DNA from: Yuukianura sp. NJ FZ-2021 | Taxonomy: Eukaryota | NCBI GenBank assembly: GCA_046563655.1 | Contig: CM102288.1 | Location: 2,418,001 to 2,482,000 of the forward strand | Direction of reading: 5' to 3' | DNA: 64,000 nucleotides | In this document: in pieces, positions 23,920-37,600 of the stretch | How positions within the stretch are numbered: position 1 is the first letter of the stretch | Layout of the letters: every line of letters begins with the position of its first letter | Program-made: the position numbers and the translations under genes | The notes under the pieces: generated by a model | What the model saw: the letters and a program-made list of their open reading frames with translations, nothing else | Told to the model about the DNA's origin: nothing | Database searches by the model: none

Positions 23920-26369
23920 ATGAAGTCTAGAGGGTACACGAAGGTTATTTTTGTAGTTTTTCTAATCTGTGCACTCCACAGTGCTTCTTCGGCGGCTTCA
24001 AAATCTAGTAAATATGACAGTGACTTTGAATTTGAAGATCATGAGGTAAGTTTAGCATAATTGGCCAACCATGACCTTAAAACTGCAGTTTTTGAGTGTT
24101 GAGTCTAAAACTATGTAACTGTGTTTAAATTTAGGATAAATCTGCAACTAAAAAGGAAGGCAAGAAGACATGGATTCTGGATCCTGGAAGTAAGTCAATC
24201 TTTCATAAAAATCGGATGTGATTAGCCTATTAATTGTTTGTTTTCATCTTAGGTGACCTCTGTCACGTTCTGAGGTGTAAGAAGAAAGAGCTTTGTCTTC
24301 TGGAAGATGAATTTACAGCTGTTTGTGTCAGCAAGAAGGACATTAGCCGGAACGGGTCAGTGACTGTCACCTTATACTGGAATTTCAGCGTTTTATGCTT
24401 CAAATTCGACTGTCAGAGGTCAATTTTCTTATGTTTTAGCGACAAGATCATCCCGAAGTCGAAAGCTACAAAGGGAACCAATGATGGTAAAGATAAAGAG
24501 TACGAAGGCGATGACGATCTGGACTCGGACTACTACGATGACGAAGAGTATGACGATAATCCGCACGAGTACTTCCAGGATGAAGAAAAGACGTCAGAAC
24601 GATTGACAGCTGACCGGTAAATCCATCAACACGTTATTAATTACTTTGTGTTTCACTACTAACGCTAAGTGTTTACCTTATTATACTTTGTATGTTTCCA
24701 GCACTTGTACCCCTTGTCCAATTATTACAAAACCGGTCGTGTTTCTCTGTGGTTCTGATAATCGAACGTACAGTTCTCCCTGTCGTCTCAATTACCACAA
24801 CTGCGTCCACCGTGGCAATGTGAGCATCAATTGTCCAGGATTTTGTCCTTGCAAATGTATGCACACATAACTAACATGAAACTAACAAGAAATTCAGAAA
24901 TGTCCAAGTTAACCTTGCAATTTTATTTTGATTTATAGCTCTTCTCATGTCACCGCCAGTGACGCAAGAGGAGAAGCTAAAATTGAAAAAGAAGCAATTT
25001 GAAGAGAATTATGAAACCAAAATGAAGGCACGCTTTAACAAGAAGTACAATTTGAAGGAGGAGGAGTCAAGCGATTCAGAAGCAATGATTGGCGTTGCAC
25101 CTTCGGCGAAAAAAGAAGTGAAAACGTTCAATGGAATCCCGCAGCCACCTCAGCAGTCTACACTTACACATGCGCAACTCAAAAACCAACAATTTAAGGT
25201 ACTGTGTTAAACAATTTTCGAAAAGTTCATGCTGGAAACTTCTTTTTTAACTTTTTTGATGAAATTCAGGACTACTACAACAAGCCCAAAAAAGTTTCAT
25301 TCGAGAAAGTAAAAAGTTATAACGACGTCCTCAAAGGGAATACAGGTAACTTGATTTGATCCATACTGCAAGTTAATTGATTAATTGATTGCAGATGACA
25401 ACTTTTTGTTTATTTCCCAGAATGTTCCACAGAAGCATTTGAATCAATTGGAAATCGACTCTTGGATTGGTTCTCAGTGATCATGGCAGATTCAAATGGA
25501 AGAAAGAACAAATCCAAGACAAGTCGAAAGGGACAAATCAATAGTAAGTTTGTCAGCAAATCAATTTCGAAATTCGTTTTTTGAAAAACTTTTGTTTTGT
25601 GCTTGCAGCATCTGAACTTGGATGCAAGTTTGAAGTGAGTTGGATGTTCGACCATTTGAACTCAGACAGTGACAGTGTCCTCTCCCTCCATGAACTTTTC
25701 AACATCAAAAATGATCACAATGAGAAGTGTATCAAACCTTTCCTGGACCAGTGTGACTCTGATGGGTAATTGGATGCTGGATTGACTTATAAAAACATAT
25801 TTTTCAAAATTTTGATAGAATTGCAAGGTTTTGTGGAATTTACGTAATTGATGTTTGATGTTATGCTGAAATGTTTACAGAGATTTGACAATGAACCGAG
25901 CTGAATGGTGCAACTGCTTCAAGAAATCTAATCCTCCATGTACGGCAATAAAAGAACAGGTCACGACTGGGCTCTTAGGTAACAACTCCGTCAAATTCAA
26001 ATTTTTGAACAGATTTTCAAAAACGTTTTTCAAAATCTGTAATTTTTTGAATTGTAGGAGGCTATGTTCCACAGTGTGACACAGAAGGCTTCTACAAATC
26101 TATCCAATGTCACTCTGGAATCGGCCTCTGTTGGTGCGTCGACAAGCACGGAATTGAATTTCCAGCAACAAGGACACGCGGGAAGCCTAATTGCAGTAAG
26201 AGTTTGAAAAGTTTTCATAAATTTGGAAAAGTTGACATTGACCTTTGACCTTTGTTGTCCAGGCTCGTTTTCCAGCCCAGAGAAAACCGAGAACGGACGG
26301 GATAATGAAGAGGACGATGAAGATTATGACGAAACGGAAGCTAGTGGAGATGGACCACTGGAGGAGTAG
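23920..26369 (+). CDS. Cow: Testican/SPOCK-family proteoglycan (Carrier of Wingless-like)
   Basis: Signal peptide, follistatin-N Cys cluster, Kazal (CGSDNRTYSSPC), SPARC EC domain (NRLLDWFSVIM, WMFDHL), thyroglobulin-1 (QCHSGIGLCWCVDKHG) and acidic tail with an EASGDG glycosaminoglycan site. Confidence 0.9.
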
Positions 26370-27979
26370 GGGGTCAAGGTCAACAGTGTTCCGTTCCACT
26401 TTCACTGTCCTTCACAAGTATTTCAGTCAGTATTAGATTTTTGGTATTAACCACATGCTTATTCACACGTCTTCACAATGCTAACCATTTTCTTAGAAAG
26501 TAGTTTCTTAGTTTACTAAAAACTTCATTTGCAGCTAACTGAAACGCAATAGACTTTTTATAAACGTTAGAACCAGTTTGAACTTAGCGGGAATTGACCT
26601 TCGCGTCAAGTTGACCTCGGTGACCCCATCCAAAACTGGAAACACTTTGAAAACTTGTAAACATAACTTGTCAGTCAAACTTTTTGCACTAGTGCCATGT
26701 TTTTTTACCCACAAGCAACAAAAACTTAACTTAATTAGTTAATTTTAATTAGTTTAGTCCAAGCCAAAATTGTTACTAAAGTAGCTTTAGAGACTGCGTG
26801 CTGTTCCCGTAAAATAATGTGATTAACTTACCCTGTTGTATGATGACGAGTATTAATTGATTAATTGACAATCGATTGTCTTTAACTTAACATTCCAAGA
26901 AACAGTGGGTAACTTCTTTTTTTAATTAAAAAGTTAATTATTAAGTTAATTAACTTATTTAAGTATAGTTTCACCTAAGTTTTGAGTCCTGAATTGTCCC
27001 GGTTCGGAAGTTGTACGGGGCAAGATCCTGGAAAGGTTCTTCAAAATGAAAAATGTTTTTAGAATTTTAAACTTGAACTTAATCAGTTAAACTTAATTGT
27101 TAAGTTAGTTAGCTCCAGCTTTGTGCGTTACTTATACAACCTGGATGTGTCAACCAGTAAAAAGGTCAATGACCCCGTTTAGAATTGGCAGCCATTTTCA
27201 AAATCCTGGAATTTGAATTTTCGAATTTTTCCCGCAATTTATTTCCAATTTGGGTTTTTTAATTCTATGGTTTTAGGTTTCACAAGGTTGAGCTACTTTT
27301 TTAAGTTTTAACATTTTTGAGACAAAAACTTAAGTTTGGTCTTAAACTTTAAAAAGTTAATTAATTAACCCAAAGTTAATTAACATTTAGTTATTAAGTT
27401 TTAAATAACAAGGGAACATTTTTTTAGTTATTAGACACACTTACACAAATTAGACGGAGCACACTGAAATCAAATTGCTATTTTTCCATTTCTTTTTGAA
27501 CCAAGTTCAAATTTTTGTACAAGAATCTCACTTTTTCTGTCTTTCCTCCTAAAATGATCGTTTCTGTTTCCAAACCATAAGCTTTTATACCCTAACTTTA
27601 ACTTTAACTTTAACTGTTTACTTAAGGACAGAAGTTAACTCTAACTGCATTATTTCAATTAACGTTCCAAATTAACTTTTGTTAAGTTCCCGTCGTGGTG
27701 GCGCGAAATATTTTTTACAAAGATGGAGACGATCAGTCGACGGCGTCATTTTTTTCAGGACATGTCAAACACGTACGGACTCGACACGCTCGACAACGTT
27801 CCAGGACATACGTGGAATGATTCGATTTTTGCTAAAGTGACCTCAAATGAACTCTAATTAACACATTAATTACGATTAAGTTAATTATACACCTTTGTTA
27901 AAGTCTTAAAGTTCTAAAATGAGTTTTTTGACCAAGGGGAGGGGCTTAGAGTATTGGGCCAATGGGAGCTCAGCTTTTC

Positions 27980-29703
27980 TTATACAACGACCCCTACCGA
28001 CTTGAGTTCTGAGAAGACTTCAGTAAAGAATGCTGGTTCGGCATTGATTCGGAGCATGTCACGCGACATGGCGTTGACAATGTGGAGACACCTAGAAGAA
28101 AACAGAGGTCAAGGTCAAAGGTCATGAAAGGTCAAAGGTCAAGGTCAAAGGTCAATGTTTGACTTACCGATCCCAGAACCTGTCCCGGTTGTCATCGACG
28201 AGGAACGGTTTGAGTGGATAGGAGATTTCATTGCCCATGTATGAGTAGGAGAGGTAGAGACAAGTGAGGACGTAACCGTGCAAGTCTCGTTCGCTTTCCA
28301 GCGATTCCCAGAAAGACTCGGGGGAGGCGGAGCCTGATGAGCGATCAAGAGCCAATGACAACGTCGTATTTGTATCTGGCTTGTCTTCCTTGGTGGTAAT
28401 GTTGCCATTAAGAGAGGACTGTGACCGTGAGTCTGCGCTGCTGGAACTGCTGGAACTGTCATCACTTTGAAAGAATTGAGATCGACGACTACTGGCTGAA
28501 GTGACGGTGGCTGATCGACGGAGTGGCGGCGGTGGACCGTACCAAGCACCCTCCCGAATCAGTAGGTAGACAAATACTATGTTGGCGGGATTAATAAAGC
28601 CGACGTCCTAGAAGAATCGAAAAATCTTAAAAATTTTGAACTTTTTTTGAAATTTTGAATTTGAGTCAGTACCTGCCAGCCTTGAAGTAGAAGACTCCGG
28701 TCGACTGTTCGTAACCACAAAATTGCATCGGAGGGCTGGAATTCCTTGAGTTTTCGACACTTCCGACTCAGGAACACGCCTAGACATTTGAGAAGTTCTG
28801 AAGTGGAGGCTTGGATGACCGTCCGCCGTCCTACTAATGGACCTGCGCACAAACAAATTTTGGTCAAAATTTCAAAAAATACTTTCAAAATTTACTTTTT
28901 CATTTTTATTTGAACTCACCTGAAGTGAGAATTGCTTTTGGAGCAAACTTTTGATTGTCCGTCTTATGCATTTGTGGAGGTCGGACGAGGTCAAGTCCTG
29001 GAATGAACAAAAGAACAAAGCGATGAAAGTCTGGAAATTCTTATTTCAATTGACTTTTGACTTTGACTTTTCAAATTGATTTGACACAAGCCATTTCAAT
29101 TAAAAACTGAACATTAAAAAATTGTCCTTCAAAATTTCTTAGAACTCCGTCGTAAAAATGAAACTTAACATTTTTAGCGTGTAAACAAAACGAGAGAGGT
29201 CAAGCTTTCAAAATTTCCACAACGCTTTGGTCAGAACTGGAAACCTAAGCTTATCCTCAATGAAAACCTACTTAACTTTTTAGAAAATCCAAATTTTCAA
29301 ATTTTTGAACTCTGAAATTTTGAAAATATTGATTCTTACCTCGATGTGAGAGTACTGGCGGTTGAGGTTTGGAGTTGTTGTTGACATTTTTGGTATTATT
29401 ATTTTGATTGTTGGGTAAAGCTAGATTGTTGTTGATGTTCGTCTGATTGTTCAAAAATGGTTGGATTGTGTCCAGTGGAATGCGATTGTTATTCATGAGA
29501 TTGTTGGAATTGGCCATAGAAGTGTTGAGTAACTTCCCTTTCGTCACTCTCTTCCAGGAAAGTCCGTTTAGGAAAGAGGCGTGTTTCCGGAATGGTTGAG
29601 TACTGCCGCCATTGTTGTTGTTGCACTGGGACTTGAGGAGGACGTCAGGCTGACTGTTGGATTCCGTAACTCCTTTCGGTGAGAAACTGAGGACAGTGCC
29701 CAT
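27980..29703 (-). CDS. CDK5R1: Cyclin-dependent kinase 5 activator (p35)
   Basis: [62 protein letters not shown] and [10 protein letters not shown] motifs. Confidence 0.95.
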
Positions 29704-30554
29704 GGTTGACCTCTTGACCTTACGTTGCTAGGATGCAGCGACTACAATGTCGAAGTGTAGAGGCTGGAGGGACTCCAGGCTGGCTCCAGAACAGAAAAGA
29801 ATGAATGGACTCCAGGTTGTCCAGAGCTTGAGTTCTCCAGGACTTGAGTTCTCCAGCAGGTATAGTTTGTAGACCGTGTTAAGACAAAATGGCGAAAGGG
29901 CGAGGAGTGAGAGAGGGGAAAGTTTTATTGATCGGAGCGGCTTGCTTTCTCGGGAGATGAAAGCAACTTTCTCCCTTCCACAAGAAACAAGGAGACACGC
30001 GTGTCAGAACAACAGAAGAGTCAGATTTGGCTCTTTTTTTCTACAAAGTCATCTCTGACTTGCTCCCGAATTTCGGTGGAGACCAATCAGCGTCGGCTCT
30101 TTTAACTTCCCACTCCAGCAGCCCAGCCTCCTTCAATTTGTGGGCCAAAGCTCCCTGCTGCTGGAAATCCTTTAACATGCCAACTTTTGTCGTTGTTGTA
30201 CTCCTGGAGACATGAAGTAGATGCTGGAACTCATGGCTTGACATTTCCTCTAGATTTGATGAGGGAGACGTCGTCGTTGTCGTCCTGCCTGGAGCCCATC
30301 AAAGAAAGACTTCCCAAACTCATTTTCAATTCAGCCCACACAGGGCTTTGGAAAAACAAAATTGGAAAATGAAAATAGGACTTGCTACTGTAGTCCTAGT
30401 TTCATTTTCCATGCTGGAAAAATGGGTGACACGAGGATAATAAATGAAAGATGAGACGCAGACTCCGGAGGTTCTGAAATTCTGAGAAAAAGTGGTTTAT
30501 TGAATGCGAAGAGAAACTTTAAGAACTTTAATAATTAACAGCTGAGTTAGCAAA

Positions 30555-31344
30555 TTATTGTTCCTTCATTTCTCTCAACCTCCTGACGGCGGATCGGACA
30601 GAGGCTGCGGCAGTGGTGGAGTATACCCAGGCACCTCCTAGAAATTAACAGAATGGGTAATTAATTGCTACATTGTTAGAAAATAGAAAATTGGAATGCA
30701 GGGTGAAAATTGAGGAGCAAACTTACCGGCGACAGTTCGTTTACACCGTTTGCAGCTCCAAATTCCTACGCAGGATCGTTTCATGGCATCCTATGACATA
30801 TGACACGAAAACATAAAAATTAGAAACCGATTCACTTTTCGTAACAGATCAGCGAGTTAGCGTATATGATCTTCTTACCTTTCCACAGAATGTGCAGGTA
30901 TATTTGGCATGCTGGGTGATTTCCATCTTCTTGACCATCTTACGCAGGGAGGCACCATACCGAGTACCGTACTTTCCGACGATTCCGACCTTCTTGGTTC
31001 GCTTTGCCTACGGAATAAAAAAACACTGGATTACTTTCACATTCATTCAGCATCCGATGTCATACCTTTATTTGGCTTTTAGCATCCTTACATCGTCAAT
31101 GCTAAGTATATCGATAACGGTAAACACTACCAGTCTACGATGTCAGCACCACAGCACCCAATAGAGCATTTAAATCATACTCAACAATTCTTAATTTTTA
31201 CCAATTACTTCCTATTCTAAACTAAATGTAACGGCAAATTTAACTTGCAGTTAAATTGTCATTCACAGAAACGTTTAGACGAATGTTACACCTTAGCAGT
31301 CAACATTTCAATAACCGTAGTACCATGATACTCATACTTACCAT
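30555..31344 (-). CDS. RpL37A: 60S ribosomal protein L37a (eL43); ATG alone in exon 1, then 3 exons
   Basis: [44 protein letters not shown]...[22 protein letters not shown]. Confidence 0.97.
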
Positions 31345-31401
31345 TATGTGATGTTAATTAGTAATTGAGACCGAACTTCCTTGACACGGCTTGTGACCTC
31401 T

Positions 31402-31414
31402 GAAAAGGGAAAAC
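31402..31414 (-). promoter_or_regulatory. Candidate TCT/5'-TOP pyrimidine initiator of RpL37A
   Basis: Minus strand reads gttttcccttttc about 60 nt upstream of the ATG, typical of ribosomal protein genes. Confidence 0.45.
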
Positions 31415-32200
31415 ACCACACGGAATTTCCTTTGCCTCAAAGCGGCGTGTTTGTCTTCTTCAAAATTTCCTACAATTCAAAAATGTGGCCACTCGTAATT
31501 TTACTCCACCTTACTAGCAGCTTCACCTTGCCACCTCAATCACACCAAATCATTTGCGGACGTCCACCCTAATTGCAAAACATTATCACCATGATATGTA
31601 AATTTCTTTAGTCATTACTTATGAAAGTTAAACAAACTTTAAAGTAAATTAATTAAGTAATGTACTCAAATTTTTTTTGAGCTTTAGAAGTAATAACACA
31701 TAGTAGATTAAGCAAAATTTAATATAATCAGAAAAATTGTATGCCCATTTATGAAGCGCAAATGTATTTCGTTTAGTAAATTTTTGTGCAACTATGTTCC
31801 GGGGATTTTTTGCACTAGTACGCTCATTGAGGGGCAGCTGACGAATTAAAATTGGCAAACGTTAATTAAATTAACGTCATTTTAACGATTTTTGTAGTGA
31901 ATGTAGTAAAACAATGGATGTTAAATTGATAGAATTAAAGTTAGTGGTGAGAATTGAGTTTAAAATGATATTGGATTGAAAAGGTGCATAAACGCTGTGG
32001 GGGTGTGGAAGATGAGGAGGTGGTGGCTTTTGCACACGTATATCTCAGGTGGATTAATAAAAAAAGTTGTTGCCGGCTAGAGAAGTCGTGACAGTTGACA
32101 GCGAACCGTGATCAGGAGACGAGGTGTTCTGAATTTGCTAACTGACGGCATTGTCAAGAGATCGGTCAAAGGTCAAGCACTTTTTCATCGTTTCGCAATC

Positions 32201-33257
32201 ATGGTAAGTCTTACGTAGGTAATTTCGTAAGTGCAAAAGCTTAAACAAATCGATACAAAAGGCCGACGCGGCCGGTTTCTCGCTATTACGGAGCTACTGA
32301 TTTAATACACTACAAACTAACATACAAGAGGTCACAAGTTTATGTCATTTATGTATATTTGTAGCAATTCGAGGAAGCAGCAGACAAGGTGAAATCCCTG
32401 AAGCAGAAGCCAACTGACGATGAATTGCTCCAGTTATATGGACTCTTCAAACAGGCAACTGTAGGAGATGTCGATACTGGTAAGGACGACATTGGTTGGA
32501 AGAACAAATTGACACAGTTTACTAGTAGATAAAAGTGCGCATTATCAGCATTATCATTATGCAGACTAAAATATTGGGATTCGGTTGTTGGAATATTGGA
32601 TCAACTTTTTCCCGTTTTAGCATTTAGATTGACAGTATTTTTCGACTATTTTTGAAAAAGAACTTTACTTTACTTTCTGTTTCTGGAAGGTGTTTGGTTA
32701 GAATTTAGCTTTCGAATATATGGATTTAGCATTGATTGAGCTGGCTAAATCGATTCTCCAAATAACGATACGCGTTTCCGGCAGCTAGTGTTTCAATAGC
32801 AGAGACTTTCAGTTTCAGTTCAAAGGAAAAAGTTGCCTCCACATCGCTTCGTTACAATCGATTTATAATTAATTTGATCTTGCTCTTTTCCAATGCTTTC
32901 CTATTCCAAATTGGAATTCAATAGAAGGTATTTCCAACCATTCATTTTTCGTAGTCCATAATTAAAACGTTGACTTCTACTTTTGTGCAAAATCAATCTG
33001 AGTTTTTACTGCACATTTCAGCAGCACAAGCGAAGCACATTTTACTTTGATTTGGTTGACTAGTTTTGGTTTTGAAAATTGATCAAATAGTAATTGACTT
33101 GATTTCATTTCTGTTTCCAGCTCGACCTGGCATTATGGATTTCAAAGGCAAGGCCAAATGGGACGCCTGGAACTCACGGAAGGGAATGGCAAAGGAGGCT
33201 GCCAAGGAAGAATACATCAAGCTCGTTGAGAAGCTAATTGAAAGTCACGGAATCTAA
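32201..33257 (+). CDS. ACBP: Acyl-CoA-binding protein (ACBP/DBI)
   Basis: [36 protein letters not shown]…[17 protein letters not shown]; introns join in frame. Confidence 0.95.
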
Positions 33258-34634
33258 ACCAAGACACCGTCCATGCTCAGCTCAATGCCTACTTAATACT
33301 TGCCAGCATAATCATCATCACAAAAGCTCATCTCCTGTGTGTAGCTCATTGGAAACTTAATTACTCTTTAGCATCTATATTTAGTTAACTGATTTCAAAA
33401 TCTAGACTGTCTGTCCTTAATTTCTTTGATTTCATATCTGATTTACCAAATGTCCAGAGGCATAAAACCAAATAAGAGCTAAAGCTTTAAACCAAACTTT
33501 CCTCAACGAAACTTTTTCTCAAGGACAAAGTTAGTACGACATGCTTACCTTGTTCTGTGGGAAACTAAGTTTTAATTAATTAAGTTAATTACTTTCTCAC
33601 ATTTTCTTTGGAATTCCTGAGAAAGTCATGACTTCCTTTCATCTGTCTTCCAGATTTCCAATTTCACATTTTTCATTTCATTTTTTTCTTCCCCTCGCTT
33701 TTGAAAATTGCACGAAATGCTTTTAAGTTTTACCGCTTTTGCGAAATGCAGTCCCCGCACTGCAATTTCATTCATTGCAATTTTTTCTTACTTTTTAGAT
33801 TTGTATGCTTTGCAAAACCAGTTTTGGTTTTTACATTAAAACTTTACGTGCTTATTTTCTTGTAACGGCATTTCTTAGATCTCTGACTAATTTGACACGT
33901 TTTGGCAAAAGCCCTTTCTCTGCTGGGTAATTTACCACCACATGAAATACTTGTTTGAATTTTCATGCTTCATTGACTCTCAAGTCCCCTCGACAGTCCC
34001 TTACAAAAAACCTTCATCTTTTCTCCTTTTCCCTTTGGACTAAATAACTTTTGCTATTTGCATAACTTGGGCATTACACATTTACACTTTCTTTGCTTTG
34101 TACTTAACCAAAGTGTCTTAAGTGCTAAGTCTTTGTTAGAGGCAGAACTTGATCTCTGCAGATCTGTAAATCTTTCGTCTCTCAATTTTGATCTAACGAG
34201 TTAGAAGCCTCGGAGCATTTTTTCTAGTGTTGCTCTCTCTCCTGTCCTGTTTGCGTTGGTCCTTACTCATCGCATCTTTATTCAAGGACTTCATTCAGTT
34301 AACTACACCACCACAGGGAATGTGTCAGTTCGGTATCATCGCGTAGATCAGCTTTTTAGTTTAAGTTTCAGCTTAATATTCAATTTAGTGGTGTTGTATT
34401 TCGGATTTTTTGAGTTTTTCGTAGTGACAGAATCTGCTCAAATTCTAGGCGAAATCCGGAAATTGAGCTGAACGTGACATCCTGTTTGGCGAGTGACGAC
34501 GATGATTGTTTCATCGTGCTACTAAAAAAGCCAAAAGCTTAGTTGATGTGAATCAGAATTTTCAACACTTGGGAATTTTGAATTTTCCGTGTTTGTTGCA
34601 ATTCGATTGTTTTTGTGTGTGTACAAATTTCGAA

Positions 34635-37600
34635 ATGGGTTCGTCAGTTGTCGGAATTCACGGAAGTGTCGCTCGGAAAATTGCGCTTTTTCAAGTGCAG
34701 GGAGTAACTGATGATTCTAGCAATGGAAAAAACGTACCACTGCGCTTGCACCGAAAAGATGGAATCAAGCGTAGGAAGTCAAGTGGATCACTGACGAGGC
34801 AAATGACTACGACGGAGTCAATGGACGTGGATTTCAGCGATAGCAGTAGCAGTGCGTGTGCTGCCAGTATCGTTTCGACAGATTCGTGCTACGGTGGAAG
34901 TTGTATCGACGAAACCCAAAGTTGGAGAGGGCTGGACACCGCTGTTTCGAAAGCTACCGCAACGCTTCCACGGTCGTGGACTAGAAGCAGCGATGACCTG
35001 AATTCAAGGTTAACTGAAACTAGGACGAACAATAGCAATCGAAGTTGCAATTCGAGACGGTCTAAGGACTCGTATTACCAAACGTTCACTTTACCTAGAC
35101 GACCAGGCAAACCGGTATTCCAGCTTGTCGAGTTCCTAGACAGCCAGTGCTCGTCGCTTGACCTTGACAGCGATCCGTCCGAAGGAGTTTACGAAGATCT
35201 GGACATCAATTGCACCTCAAATGATGCCAAGAGTGGTCCATCCATGTCTGTCCACACTTCAAATCGTAAGTGACAAGCTGTTCAAACGGAATTTTCAAAA
35301 ATTTCGGTCACATTTTTGAATTTGCACATTTGTGCAAATTTTGGATTTAACTTGTGTTCAAGAACGTTTTTTTTGTAGTTGTAGTTGTATTGCTGTCGGT
35401 GATACTTTGAACTCCTAAGCCAACAAATCCTGAATTGACATTTCAATTCCTTAGCCACGCCCCAATTCCGTGCTAATCCATCTGCACATCTCTTAATTTG
35501 TGGAATTTTTGCAATAATTTAGCAATTTGCGAAATAATTATTGCCCAAACAGATCAATCATTTATTGATCTTCCTTTTCTCACGTTCCCCCTCAGGTCAT
35601 CTCTCAGATTCTTTTGTTTCTTGTCGAATTGGAGTGGGGTGGGAGCTGGTTTTTGCAATTTCCAATTTGCAAATCTGTAAATCCAAGATTTGCTTCATCA
35701 GTTGACTCAGATAGCCACTTAAGGTATAAGTTTCAGTCACGTTATAAGGCTCCCCCACCCCAAAACCTACGCAAACCACCTCCCCCCCCCCATGTTGGGG
35801 GGAACCTTTTACAGCAGCCTTGGAGAGCCTTTTGTCTCGTATAGCTGTAAAGTTGGAAAATGGATTTGTGCTAAAATGAAACCAGAAGCCTCTAGTGCTT
35901 TGGATTGTTATAGAGATGAGGAATTCTATTGTTATGGGCAGTCCTTGAGTGTGGGTTCCCCTGGTCAATGGTCTTGAGGTATTTCCTTATTTAGAGTCAC
36001 TTGGGATGCTGATGCTGTGCTGATGTTAGGGCTGAGGGGAGGCAGGAGTCAAGCAGTACTTCAGTTCAGTACGGCACAGGGCCACCAACCACTCTTTTGA
36101 GGTCCAACTTTCACTTTTTTCCTTGAAAAATGATCTTGGGATTAGATCAGTGACACAAGCGGACCAACAAGTCCACACCTTCAACTTCAAAAGTACTCAA
36201 AATTTTGACAAATTCAAAATTTTCAACTCAACTCCGTATTCTTTGTTGTGCAAGTTGCAAAATCTTTGCAGTTTTTTCCTTTGCAACTCCCATCCCGTCT
36301 GATTTGCAAATTGCAACTGAAAAAACTGTTCCCTGTTACCCCAGTTTTTTTTTGTTGCTTTTGGGAAGTGAATGGGAACTAGACCGCCGCGGCCGCGGTT
36401 GATCGCAGAATTTTGCAAATTGCAAAATTTTTGCACAAACCCATTGTATTGTGATTGTTGTGCCTGATTGAGCAAAGACATCAGTTGACCATAATAAGTT
36501 TGAATGTTGGTGTGGTCAGAACGGCTGTTGGATCTGGGACAATGGAGATCGTGGTTTCGCCCAAGACGCGGGCGTTGGTCGAAGTGAATCCTAAGGGCTC
36601 CCCTGTCAGTACCAGGGGCCCTTATGTCCTAAGTCAACCGCATTATTTTGAGAACTTTGTATTTGGACATGGAGTTGTGCCGGATAGGAATGTCACGAGG
36701 TCAGGTGAAGTTGACCTGGACGTGACCTTTCGACCATTTCTGAGAACAAAGTGGTCAGTTTCCAGAAAAGTGACTAATCAAAGGAATTTCTATGAAAATA
36801 CTTTTGAAAACACGTTTTGCAAAAATAGAGGTGTGGAAGAGGATCAGGAAGTGAGCATCTTTGTGAGAGAGTGTCCTTGTAAGTACATTGGCAAAAAAAA
36901 TAGCAAAAAATGGCAACCTTTTTCAAAATTGCACATATTGAAGAAAATTAAATTATTGATGAGTTTCGACGCCGTTTGGAATTTAATTTGTGTTTTACGA
37001 TTTTGATTATACGGAAGGAAAAGTTAGATTTAGCACTTTGTTTTCCTTATGGCGTAAAATTTGTTGAAATTTTTTAAATGTCTTCAAATTTCAAAATTTC
37101 GAAATTTTTTGAAATTTTGTTTTTTTTAGATGAAGATGAGGAAAGAGTGCCGAGTCCGCCACCGTACGAGTCGATCTACGCTGAACCGATATACGGAGAT
37201 ACTGGATCCAGCGGTGGTAGTAGTTCATATTGGTCGCCAGCATCATCAGTATACTCCGCGGCTCCAACAAGCCACGCCCCTAATGTGCTGCTTAACAACA
37301 CTTCAGTCACGCCTCCTGCCGTGCCAAGTTTCCAGTTTCGTGAGCCCTTGACCTCTGACCTCATCGCAGGTCAACTCCCGCCTCTACCAAGTCCATCTTC
37401 CCAAAACAAGTTTTCGTCAATAGCCAAATCCGCTGGTCGGAAGTTAGCCAAGAAGCTGGACTACATTAGGCGACTGTCCAGAACAAACAGTATCGATGGC
37501 AGCAGTTTCTCTTTAAGCCTAACTCCAAGTCCACTGCCACCATCATGCCCCTCCCCTTTAAGAACATCCAATCACACCACGTCGTTGTACAACCTTAGCC

